64,000 nucleotides of DNA from Tubulanus polymorphus (lineage: Eukaryota > Animalia > Nemertea), in the NCBI RefSeq assembly GCF_964204645.1, contig NC_134028.1, positions 5,828,001 to 5,892,000 of the forward strand, in the 5' to 3' direction. Shown in pieces: positions 51,414 through 64,000 of the stretch. The position numbers and the translations under genes were made by a program. Below the pieces are notes generated by a model, which was not told where the DNA came from, made no database searches, and saw nothing but the letters and a program-made list of their open reading frames with translations. The first letter of the stretch is position 1. Each line of letters opens with the position of its first letter.

Positions 51414-54400
51414 TTAAAAATGAGTAATTGCTTTAGTTACGGTGTATACATTAGGGCGTGACTGGATGAAATTCGATGGTTTAGGACTATCCGGAATATC
51501 GTAGATAGCTTTTTCTAAACTCTGAAAAGCGCGGTTGAACGTGTCCTTCGAAAAGTCGATATTGCATTCGGATTCTGAGTCCGAGGCGAGATGCGACATC
51601 GAATGCTTCCCGGAATCAACGTCCGAGTCGACTACCAGAGCCGATTCTTGTTTTAGTCCTTTCAAACACCAGTTTGAGTCGGTAGAATGATCGCATTGTG
51701 ATGACATGTCGTCGTTGAATCCTCGTGGTAAATATGTCGTGAACAAGTTCTTGTTTGTATATTCTACTTCGGTAACATAACCGACTGTGATGTCTTTATT
51801 CGAGTTTCTTTTCGTCGGTTCGTTTTGATTGTCGCTTTCCGCGCGGTGTCTAGCGATTGCCTTGTCGGCTACTGACTTTGCGAAATCTGCAAGCCCTGAC
51901 CCGTGTCTCGTGAGGGTGACATGGTGGGACATCTGAGATCCGTCTGAATGCGGCCTCGCTTCGCCTTCGTGGTTATTCTCCCAAAGAGCGCACTGAAAAT
52001 ATGATTTCTTTCGATTCAGCTATTGAAAGGTGACCGATACATTAGAATTAATGGTAACAATGATAGCATGGTGGCTGATGCGGGACATATTAATATTTTT
52101 TTCATCCTCCACGAGAACACGCTGAAACAAATCCTACCGGGCGTCCCGAATCAGCCAGCATGATGATAGTATTTCACAACTTTCTGGGAGTTGCGGAAAA
52201 TCTCGACAATGAAACGATCCGTTCCACGTTCAGCTCACCAATCCGATGGTACTATAGGACTATAGCTAGAGATCGCGAAAGCTCGATTTCCAGATCGGTA
52301 TATCGTCAAGCAGTACGAAACAACCAATACACATACATTAACTTACTAATTCTCTATCAATTCTGATTACCTGAAACGAACGAATGAAATCGGCGAATAT
52401 CGCAAAGAATGCGTCCGGTTCAATAGACTTGTTGGTTTCGCCATACGCCACGCAAACTTCCTTGTAAACCTCTTCCATGTGACGACTACTATCCGCTATT
52501 TTCGGTACATGCACGCTTGCGTATTCAAAGAAATCGTGCGGTTATGAATTAAGGATTCTATACATCAAACTGTGAGCTAGGAAACAATGACACTTTATGC
52601 GTAAAAAGTCACAAATTTCTTACATTTTTGAAAAAGTTATACCAATTTCACTAATGCTCCAGCGAAATCCTATATATCCTACGCTCTTTTCAAAAGGTTT
52701 TCAGTATTCAGTAGCTCGGACGCAGAATTATATTTTTTCCATTTCTAAATGCGACTTTGAAAAGGATATATCGAGTTGTTGAGAAATTTCGTCTTGTTTT
52801 TCACGTTCCGATTTTACGAGAGAAAATCCAGTTCGCAAGGAATGTACGTCTGACAAAATCGCCTGGATTGATGCTGAAAACACAACAACATACATATAAT
52901 ACACTTTGTTGCGGCCCTACAAATTCCAGTCTGGCCGGTGCTTTCATGTTCATCCACACGGACATTATGTATCTTCTCGACTTTCATGTAATGAATTATA
53001 CAATTTCACTGTTTCAATTACTTACCCCCTTTCTTGACATTCAGATGAATCTCCTCATAGAAGTCGAGCAGTTCGGGATATTTCTTTTCGACTGTTCCAA
53101 CGAGGAAGTGCAGTAACGTCTTCGACCTGTCGCTCGATTTGATATCACTCAGCTGAAATGATGTTTAAAATATTTTGTCGAAGAGTAGGTTTGAATTGTA
53201 CGTCTATTTTCACAGTGTACCCGATGCCATAACCAAATTTCCTGCAGATTTTACCTTATAAAGCGTATCTAGTTTGAATCCACTGGCGTAACCTCTTTTC
53301 ATGCTGTTCATGTAATTTCCATAAGCCAAGATTATCTATGAAAGATACAAAATCTACTAACGAATGTGGTAAATTATGGTATTAAAAAATCTAATCACTT
53401 CTTTAGCTAAGAAGCCTACAAACAAGATTCCTGTAGAAAGCGTTTCTAAAATGAATTTACCTCAAATATTTTTTGCAACTTTTTGCACTTGAGAATAGAT
53501 TCCGACGCTTTCGTAACCGATTCGATTTGCTGAAAAATGAAAAAGGTTTAATCGAAGGGAACTTCAAAAGGTGTCTTTTACTGGAAACATATAAATAATT
53601 ACAAAAACGAAATGCGTACTCACAGGTGCTAGACAATTGATGAGATCATCAAAAACTGACATATAAGCCATTACACTGAGTTTCGGCTCCAAACGTTCAA
53701 CTTGAGCTAACTGTAACACAAAATAGTTTCTGTATAAGTGTCCCAATTTCCTTTTCGGTGTATTGTATATTATAGATAAATAAGAAACAACTGCGATCAC
53801 TTTTCAATTAATTTTTTCATTTGAGTTTGAACCGATACAGCGGTTTTGAATTTCTGTATATACCTGGAACATGAACTGTTCAGCTTCCGCCATATTGCTG
53901 TAATCCTTGGCGTGTTGAGCAAGCATACGTAGCTATCAACGAAATCAAAACGAAATATTAGAATGTAGAAATATATCATCAGATTACCCCCATACTTTTG
54001 ACCTCTGGAAACACTTTTTCGTATCTCATAAAATCTTTCTATTCTAGAAATGTAATGAAGTCGTTTTTTTTACCTCGTCTTTGGCGGGAATGAATTTGAT
54101 CAACAATTCGGCGTATTCTCCGGGAAGATTTTCTAAGTTCAGTTTATCGATAAAATCCCTGATCATGCGAGAAGTGTGGCCGATCCTTCTTTTAGTGATA
54201 ACTGAGGATATCGATAGAGAAAGAATAAATCATTGGCGTGATGAGTTTTTGTTGTCCAAGTTGTTATGTTTAAGCTGTTGCTAAATGTCAAAGAAGCAAC
54301 CGTAAAGAGTATGCCGACGATGTACGCACCCATATTTCTCGCTCTTGCGATTTCGATGAACTTTACTTGTTGTTGTAATCGCTTCAAAGCTGTAAATATG

Positions 54401-57400
54401 AAGAGAATAGAATATTCAAGTCGATGGTGAAGTCACAATATTCAGCTATATGATCATCTATATGCTTTGTGAATGTACATAGGCGTTGTGTTGTCCAAGA
54501 AACTTTTCGTACCTCTGTTGACTTCGTGTTAGAAATTTGGTAAGTAAAATTAGTTAATTGAATATGATTGATTAATCGCGTCGGATATGGGCAGAAGTAA
54601 AGTGTTTCATTTCAATGTACAACTTTGTAAAAAAGACAAGAACTTCGAAGAAATAAAACAGATAAAAAGATTTCATAATTCTAAAAGATGTAAACCACAA
54701 CCGCAAATTAGATAAATATAACATCAATTTTGATATTTTGTAGCTGAATAATGATATCCGAACTCTTGTCCAGTTCACCTATGATTTTGGCACAACCGAC
54801 TTTCCGTGAGGGACAATTATCGAATGTCGCTTCTATCAAAAAATATGAAAATGAAAATCGAAGACTGAATAAATGAATTTTACTGAACGCTGAAGCTCAC
54901 AAACCCACCATCTCTAGGACGTGAAGGGTTTCGAGAGACTAAACTCACTGCAATTCAAGATGTTTAGTAGGATATTTCACAAGATGGCTCTGAAGTCAGG
55001 GATTTAAGTGATACATGAAATATACCTCGTTCTCGTCGATCACGACTTGCTTTGCCTTCTTTTCTGATCTTCATTTCAAACAACCTGTCCAACTCCCTGA
55101 AATCTAGTTCGTCGTATATCCTCTCTTCGTCTTCGATTTTCTGAAATGGAATCGGTTTTTCTAATACACCGCTACATAGCCATGTTTTACGCAATTTAGA
55201 TACGGGATCTATTTACCGTGAATACAGTATTTTTAACGTCGTTCATGGCTGTCCAGTTGAGTAACGGTAGATTAACAGCTGGTAGAGGTGATTTAGACGG
55301 CATCCGTCGAGGTAACATCGGTGGCGGGGCAGGGGGCGCCACAGGAGGTGGTTCCCCGGCTAAAGAATAAGATGAATATACGTAACGAAAATGGTGTCTC
55401 TATGTTTAAGGTGTAGTGTGTATAATGTAACGTTTCAATGAAATCTACATTCTCAAATTTTCTTTTTCTCAACTTTACCCCATCAACTGTCAATTTAGAT
55501 AATCATCCAAGAGACGTGTTGCTTTAATTTGAAAATTTTCTACATATACAGAATTTCTCTTCAATTCTATGTAAGTTTATTACCGACTAAAGCGTGTTCT
55601 ATAGAGTACAGAGATGAAGCTGAATTTCTCCTCGACTCAACTGTCAGAGTTTCTGAAGTCGGCGGCTGTTCCAGGGGTTTCATCACCTCCTCCAGTGCGG
55701 TGACGTCCTTCTGCGCTTCCTTTCCCGTTCTTTCTTTATACAGTTGCTGAATGAATTAAAGAGCAAAAACAAAATGGCGGAGCTATTTCGGGCATGCAGT
55801 AAGGAAGTGATGAACGAAAACGATTTCATAAACAAACGTCTATTTTGGTCATTGAATTACAGAAGATACTTTTTAAACTTTCAATTTGCCTTTTTCGAAC
55901 TATGTACTATAAATGTATATGTAGAATTTGGTCGCAACGCCGCGTATGACAATAGATGGGTAATTTTTTATTTTGATAGATATTGGCAATTGTGTGATTA
56001 AGTGATTAGTGGTGTTCTAGAATGTGACTATGAATTAAATGAGATAATTAACTATAATCTAACAAGGTGTACAGGATATTACTACAGTCAGATTCTGTGT
56101 GTTATGCGTGGGGGATAAAATCATTGTGCAACTTCGTCTAAAACTATGGTGAAAACAAACAGAATCGAAATAAAATTCAAAACAGTTTCCTGCACCAACC
56201 TTGACCAACAAACTGAACAAAAAAAAATTGGATTTACAAAACCCCAGGTTGAATTACACTTACAGTGCTAAATGTATGTATCTGGACCTATCGGTGAAAA
56301 TAATAAAAACATCTAACAATAAATATTCATAAAACAGAAATCTGGGTTAGGCTTCATACCAAAAATAACAAATACAAAAATAGTATCTAATGATATATGT
56401 AAATTAGAAACGATAAGAAATTTCTTTGTTTCTAAAGTCATTAATGACATGATCTTATAGCAACCAAAAAATAGCAAGAGAAAAAGTTGATCTATAAAAC
56501 AACTTGACGCAGTCGCTAATCTATCTATATACAACTGGCCCATGTAGATACAGGGCTCTTCTATATTCGAAAATTGCGCTTATTGTTTTTCTACTTACTG
56601 TGAGATTTTCAACGGCATCTTGCAGTGACGCGGCTCTATCGCGATACTCATCACATCTATCCGTCATTTCCGACAGTTGTTTTTTCACTGTCGTTTTTTC
56701 TTTTTCCGATGTCTTAAGCTTTTGTTGTAGTAAGTCCACCTGGCAGAGAATGAGAAAGCTCTCTATAAAGCGAACACCATTACATGGCACATGCGGTAAA
56801 ATACCACAATACGAAGAGAAAAACTAGACCGAAAGGATTACTATATTCCCGGAGGTAAATATTCTTTTGGGAGGGGGCAGAGAAATCTTAAAAAGGACAG
56901 TTCCAAAATTTCCAAAAATAGTTGGCTGTGTTTACACCGCCAACGGATCGGACCTTGATGCGGACTTTTATAGGTAGCGAGCCATATCGATTTATAATCC
57001 AAAATACTTCTTAAATGTGGACTTATTTACCTCTTGTCTCAATATGATATTCCTTCCTTCCACGCTGTTTAGATTTGACTGGATATTTTGTACGTTCAGA
57101 TAGTTTTCTCTCCAGACGACTAGTTCTTTCTGCAGTTCGTCGAATTCAATTCCTTCGCCTTTCTTTGAATGCTGAAATATTTTACAAAATACCACTGAGA
57201 CCGTACTTCTCAGCTGATTTGTTTCTTTTCCCAGTTGCAGTAGTTTGGGAATCTTACCTTTTCAAGTGAATCGACGTCAAGTCCTGCTAATTCCAATTCG
57301 TATTGTATGTAAACTCTAGCGTTCATATTGTCTTCACAGTTGATCATTTTATTCAGAAACTTCATGCACGCCCCCTACAAAAATATTTCAAAACAGAAAA

Positions 57401-60400
57401 ACTTGTTTATTCACTTTCCAATTAGAATGTAAGGTGAGAATTTCTGAAAATACGAATCATTCTCCAAAGTGAAAAAATTAGTGGTTTACTCACCTGGAAA
57501 TGTATGAAAGTTGGCCCCTGACTGAGAAGCATTCCGACCAGAAACTTGAATCTGACGGATTCCCCAAATTTCAACCGACAATACGACATCGCCTCCATAA
57601 CTCTAGGATAGCCACTGGGAATATCACAGCACAAAGTCAACAACTTGAAAAATTAAAAGAAGTATATGAATATAGTTGATTAGAGCTTGCAGACTACAGA
57701 AACCCAAATGATTCTTGAGTAGCGTTTAATATCAAATACCTCCAGTGCTACGATTCGTGTACGGCTATAACTGCTCATCAGACAATGCGAAATAATTTCA
57801 CAACCATTTTGAGATTTCACCAAGCTGTACGTCATCTCCTGTGCGGTGATATAATATAATATAACATAATATCAAATTGGCTAATACATTTTCATGTATG
57901 CAAACAAATATACGAGAAAATGGATACATTCGGGTCTGTACGTAGTGATTTAAGAAACTGATTTTTGTTAAGAAAAATTTGATATGAATATTTTCTTAGT
58001 CAGCATGTTTACTTAATACACGTACAGTGTAAGTGGTAAGGGCGCTAATTTTATTGGTAAAATGTCAGATTGCCGTCAGTATTTCACAGTAACTTACCTT
58101 CATTCTCGAGGCGAATTTCAGACACAACAGGCAGTCATACTCTTCCGTCTAAAGAAAGGAAACATAGTCGTTGAAATCAGTAGTAGAATTTCACAATAAA
58201 GAATTTTCCAGTATACATCTAGCGACTTCAGTGCATGGTAAGACGCCATTTTCCTGCGTTTCCTATCGCCTGATTCGAAATTGACAAAACTACTTCACCA
58301 AGAGCAAAATCTCCCCAAAATTCTACATCATCATGTCAATGAAAAATTTCTGATCAATGCACAGAACATTGAGAATATATTGTAATGATTATAAATCGAA
58401 TCAAAATGTTCATAGGCGCAGCTCTTTTCGTGCTTGACTTTGCTTCATTAGTTTCATGACACAAACTACTTCAATACTACTGGGATTTGTTCTTGTTGTA
58501 TCGTAATTACTATAAGGATTACTATCTGTGCACATATTAATGCATATCGTGGCCGTGTACGGAAAACGGTATCGGAATTTCATAAACCGTCGATACGCGA
58601 GGGAGGAGTATACTTACAATGCATTCGGTATTCATGGCGAAAACATGATACTATGAACATATGTTCTGGAGTACCGCCTTAACTGAAGTATTCAACTTAG
58701 CCAATGCTACTCAGAATTATTATTCAAAAAACGAAGCGATCATTAATCCGGCTAAATAGAGTAAACAGGATATCCGCGCATAAACAGCATACTTATGAAG
58801 AATTAGAGGACAATGCCAATATGCATATATGCGTTACAGAATAGGGACAAGTAAGCCCTTACTTTGAAGTTAGATTTCAGCCAAAATAAATGAAAATTAA
58901 CTTATTCACAACTTCAGATAACTACAACCATGAACTCATAATGGGTCTTAATGAATTATTGCCCTAACTCACAACCGTGGATCTGAACTTCTAATAAGGC
59001 TGAAGAGTCACCATGCCGGGTACATTTTTCCAGAGTGGAAAGATAGACAACCATCAGTGTAAACGTTAAGCCACGATTATGCACTATGTATCTATTCATT
59101 TGTAAATCACTTACTAAATTCTTCTTCTGAATCTCGTGTTTCGACTTTTTGTTCCCGTTATGTTTGTTCAGTTGTTCTTTCTGTATTTCCTTCAGCACTG
59201 ATATCAATAAGTCGACGCCGTTGTTCGTTTCATTGAGAAAGTCTCGGACAAAACTGACAAAAAAAGATGAATGAGAAATATCATGCATTAGGAGCAATTC
59301 CAGATTATGTCAAAAAAGTTTCAAACTGAATTTTTCCCGATTGAATATCATCAATATCGTTACATAGCGAACACTCATTTTCATTCTTTCCTTCCACCAC
59401 TAGAGGGTACGTTGCTGATTTATGAGGAATTTGGTAGCAATTTGTAAAATCATAAATTTTTCTTCCATCACAACATTTTATCTATCGGTATTCAGAAACA
59501 TATGGCGAAAATTCTACGGACAACTTACCTATCGTAAGACATCTTAATGTCCAATTTCAGCTTCTTAAGCAAACTGCCCAATGAGTTATCTTTCTCTTTT
59601 GAATGAGCGCCCCATGCTCTGGATAGCGACTTGCTCCGCGGTCGCTCCGTGCAACTAGCCAGGTATTTTCGAATTTGTTCCAAGTAGAAATCCAATGGAA
59701 GAATTGGCGCTCTGATTTGCTGAAAGTTAGACCATAAACATGACAACACTAGCGTAATTTAACTCAAACATATAGATGATCATTATAAAAAGTGAACAAA
59801 AACATGCTTAATGAAATGACTCATCATTGAATTTCCCGTCGGAGCCCATACCTCAGCGGGTATCTCATTCAAAACATTGAGTTCCAGTTCGTCTGCAGAA
59901 ATGACAACATTCGTCTGCAGAACTGGAATGTCATCAGCATCTGTAACAAACACTTGGACAGCCGAACTATTTTCGCTTAGAGACATTTCACCAAAGATCT
60001 CTTGTTGAGCGTCCTCTACGAAAACGCCACATGTCCTCGAATCGGACGAGTCCTCCTCAGATTCGGAAGATACGTATATCGAACTATCAATTGTGGTTAA
60101 TAATTCCTCCGCCATTTCTATATCCGCCGAGTATATACGCCGTGGTACATGTATATGGAACTACTATTTAGAACAGGGCTTCGTTTAACTATCCGATCAT
60201 ATACACATTAAACTGGATTATTCGAGGCCCATCACAGGCACTTATGAACTCATCCCGATTGGGAATTGGAATGAAGTCAGGCGGAAGCAATCCCGTTCCC
60301 AAAACTGAAATTCTGCAGTAGCTGCAGTTGAAACCAACTACGTAAACTCATATGCATTTTCTGCGAAATGAATTTTACACTGACCAATTATTTTGCCAAG

Positions 60401-61740
60401 TATCTTTTTTTAATTTTGAAAAGTACATGGTTTTTTGTTCAAATGAGCGTAGTGAAGCAAATTAGAAGGAAATGACGTTCTGAAGTGATAGCACTTGGGG
60501 CGGATACACCAAACCCCAAAAATAAAATCCATTGGATATAACAATCTTTCATTTTTTTGTAGTTTAATTATTCATCGAGTCTAGTTACTAGCAAATGTAA
60601 ATACAACTGTACTGTGATGAAAAGTCTCTTAACTGATTGTTTTTAAATAGTCGAGAGTTAACTGAAAGCTTCATCGAAAATCTATATACGTCTAAAGTGC
60701 AAATTGAGATCCAAAATGTACCGACGCCTGTCGCCTGATAATGTGTTCTTGATCGAAGCAGCAACAGACCTTTCTAAAGGCCTATTGTGTACTGGAGGAA
60801 ATATGGAAATATGTAAAAATATCAATGTATAGGGAATTGAATCGGAATAGAAATAATAAAATAGAAGAATAAAATCGGAAAATAATTTTTGTGAACAGAC
60901 TTTCAATGTTAATAAGAATAATTATTAAAAATGAATAATAATAATGATAATTATAATAATAATGATAATATTCTATTAACGAAATGAATGAGAATAAGAA
61001 GTAGCATACAAAAATACAAAATATTATGATATAAGATCATTTCAGATGTCATTAGAAAGAACCTTAGACAAGTCGAGTAATTGCGATGCTTTCACGTTTG
61101 ACAATATCTTTACTTCCTATAACGATAAGACTTTTAGAAAGAAGCGGAGACGATCACCATATAGAGATGTCCTTCAAAACAAACATACCTCGATGTCATT
61201 TTGGTTCGTGTTGGCTGACACCTGTAATCGGTTCAGTTTTCGATGAGGAATTATCAACGGTTCGACCACTTCTTTGAGTTCAACCGGATTCGAGTTTCGA
61301 ATTTCATTATCACCTACACAATTTTCGTTTCTTTTCGATATTGCACCGTTTAGATGAGTCATATCAGTCGGATTCTCCGCTATACGGACTCTTTTCTTAC
61401 GTTTTTTCGGTACCCTCGGCGGCGAACCGGCGACCACAACATCGTCTGTCGATTTTGGATTATCCATGTCGTAAATTACGGCGTCTATATCAGTGAATAG
61501 ATTTCCCTGTTCGTCTGATAAAGAAACTGCTCCTGCGACGATGCCGGGATTATTGTCAGTTTCTACCGAACGCTTTCCCCCGTCCCTGGTCGTCTGTTGA
61601 GACAGGCTTCGTTCATTCTCTGTAGGCGTTTTCTTTGAATTGATATTTTCCGTAGATTTCCCTGCCCTATCCATCTGTCTATAAACCCGTTTGATCGTCG
61701 ATACGCCGCAACACAATGGACTCCTAACCGAGTTATACAT
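51414..61740 (-). CDS. MWHF: Formin, multiple-wing-hairs-related subtype (GBD/FH3, coiled coil, short FH1, FH2)
   Basis: ~20 GT-AG exons. Motifs: KLKLDIKMSYDSFVRDFLNETNNGVDLL; RLKFGESVRFKFLVGML; ACMKFLNKMIN...RVYIQYELELAGL; FH1 PPPVAPPAPPPM; FH2 LPLLNW...NTVF, RNMVITKR, LGNYMNS...GFKLDTL, LSDIKSSD. Confidence 0.88.
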
Positions 61741-64000
61741 AACGACTTTTTCGATAAACGATTTACTGTTGCTGGCTATATTTCAACATCTGTTGGCAAG
61801 CGAGCGGAATTGTTTTAGAATTGTACGTCACGTAATGGCATTTCGGTGATCCCCTCGATGTCTAGCGAAAGGAAAAACACTAGAACTTAACCTCACGGGT
61901 ATCTAGCAAAGACTAGCGACTGCCTGCGCTCGCATTGCAAGATTTAGAATATCCGAAAATCTCCCGTCTTCAAAATGTCGTTCGAAATTATCAAAAAAGT
62001 GAAATAATGTAGATGAATCGTGTGAAGATGAGCTGGAAATGCACACGTTATTCTGCAACAAATTATCGTGCAACATATCGAACAGTCGGGACTGTCATTT
62101 CAAGTGTCTCAGCTCCGATATATATATCAAGTACAAATGCTTGTTTATAGCGCTTTAGAATTATCCAAATATTCCCTCAAGTTGCACGGTGCATTATTCG
62201 GCTGCTGTCGATGCGCAATCTACCCGAAACATCATCCATAATTCGGAAGCACGAGAGTGATGAAAAGTAACCCGTAGAATCTGACTGCAATTGCATTTCT
62301 GAGTTGTCTTAACGGTTTTTTCCTCATTGTGGTTGCGCATAATCCTAACCCATAACTCTTGGCAGCGCCAATCGGCTCCAGAATCCATTTACAATCCGCG
62401 CACAATGGACCACCATATCCAACCTTGCATTTTATATTTTTTTCATTTTCCTCGGGATTACTACTAGGTTAGCAAGCCAATGATGAATTTTTTCAAATTC
62501 ATATAAGTCGATTAAAATCGTCTCAAAACCCACACTCCGTAAATATGTAACGACGATTTCTCTAGATAAAATCCAGATTATGAATACAATTCGTTTTATC
62601 GCCTACAACAGGTTGCCGTAGATATATACTGGCGATATTCAACCACTTATCGGCGTTTCAGCCGCGTGACAAGCATGCTTTACTTGTCTGACTTCACGCG
62701 TTTGAAATATTGATGACCGTCCCGAACAAACCGTATAGAAAACAAGATCAAAACACGATGAACTAGCAATATTGTCATAATTAACAAGGGCGGATTTTAG
62801 GGATGGACCGAGTAGACTAGTCCACCCGCTCTCCAAAAGATCTTGAAAAACAATCTTTTGCAAAGAAATCTTTAAAAAGACGAAATATAAATCTGAATTG
62901 GCAATATCTCATAATGGCAAGAAAAGGCCCATTTTATCTTAGATTATCTGTTGGAGGGCCAACACGACCCAAGTCCTCACGTTGCAAAGTCTGCCCTTCT
63001 CAAATAAAGTGCTGCTCATTCCAATCATCAGGTTTAATAATTGATTTATCCAACAATCGTAGAAATCCAGTCACCCAGTTCTAGGAACTCACGAAAAAAA
63101 AACTGATTTTGACTCTTAATTTTCTAACTGGAAACTCATGGATTCGGCTCCAGAGCTAATCATTTATACAAGCGTTTACTGAAGAAGTAAAAAGATTAAT
63201 GTTTTACCAAATTGAAAATGATCTTCCATTTTTCTTCGACGCTCAGCATGCGCAGTTCACGTTCTTCATCTTCACTGAGTGGAGACAGCATTTCCTGAAA
63301 GAATTCAATGGAATAGAAAGTTGTTTATAGCCGTCTGTACGTAAAAAGCTTGTTCACCAGTCGTGTATTAGAAATCACATGGAAGTCGTTTCTTCCGTTA
63401 ATACACTTTACGTTAATGGTGGAAAAAAGAGTCTTATAAAAGCGCATGGACCCTTCTTGTAAAAAGGTAACTGCATGCACTGATTTTGTGGACGCACATA
63501 ATAGAAAGTGTATGAAAATACCGTACCCAATTGAATGCTCTGATCGTTGCGCTGATCGTAACCAGAGATCTTAAATGGTACTTCTATAAAAATTAATTCT
63601 AACAGACTATCTTGATAGAAATTGGAATTGGAACGTGCTTACTAACTGGCTAGCATGAATTTCTGCTAGTGAAATACTGCGTGACCTCATACAAAATATG
63701 AAACATCAATAATCAACTTCGGGATCGTTTGTGATAATAGAAAACTGTTTTTTTGTCAATGTCGATGATTAATCGTGTATGAAATGAACGGACGCCATAC
63801 TGCGCGGGCAAAAACACCCAATCATACGAATCGATAAAATATACGTGGCGGTCGATGAGAAATTAATCAAATTTCAATAAAGCCATTACTGCAACCAATC
63901 TAATATCGAATAGCTGCAACCGGCGAGATATCCGATATATAAGCGATCGTACTGAGGTCGCCATCGAATACACTGATGCGTGACGAAAAAATGCAAGTTT

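Overview
AT-rich animal (invertebrate-like) genomic DNA with spliceosomal introns, in two very different compartments. (1) Positions 1 to ~46960 look like most of one giant (>47 kb, probably ~50 kb) DNA transposon. Its left part (1-706) is the reverse complement of a ~947-bp tandem unit at 41855-44375, and a 48/49-bp tandem array (45425-46856) precedes a probable terminus at ~46962. Inside are three intron-containing genes: a DDD transposase of the DUF7869/Sola-like type (minus), a winged-helix + PR-Set7/SETD8-like SET methyltransferase (minus), and a large ParB/Srx-like domain protein with a coiled coil and a possible C-terminal Tudor-like domain (plus). The element is full of nested MITEs, TAGGCCTA excision-footprint-like motifs and Penelope-type minimal hammerhead ribozymes. 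(2) Positions ~46963-64000 are compact host DNA with no obvious repeats: two divergently transcribed secreted coiled-coil genes and a multiple-wing-hairs-related formin with two alternative first exons. Gene models and family calls were made by eye from GT-AG sites, frame continuity and remembered motifs; no database searches were run.
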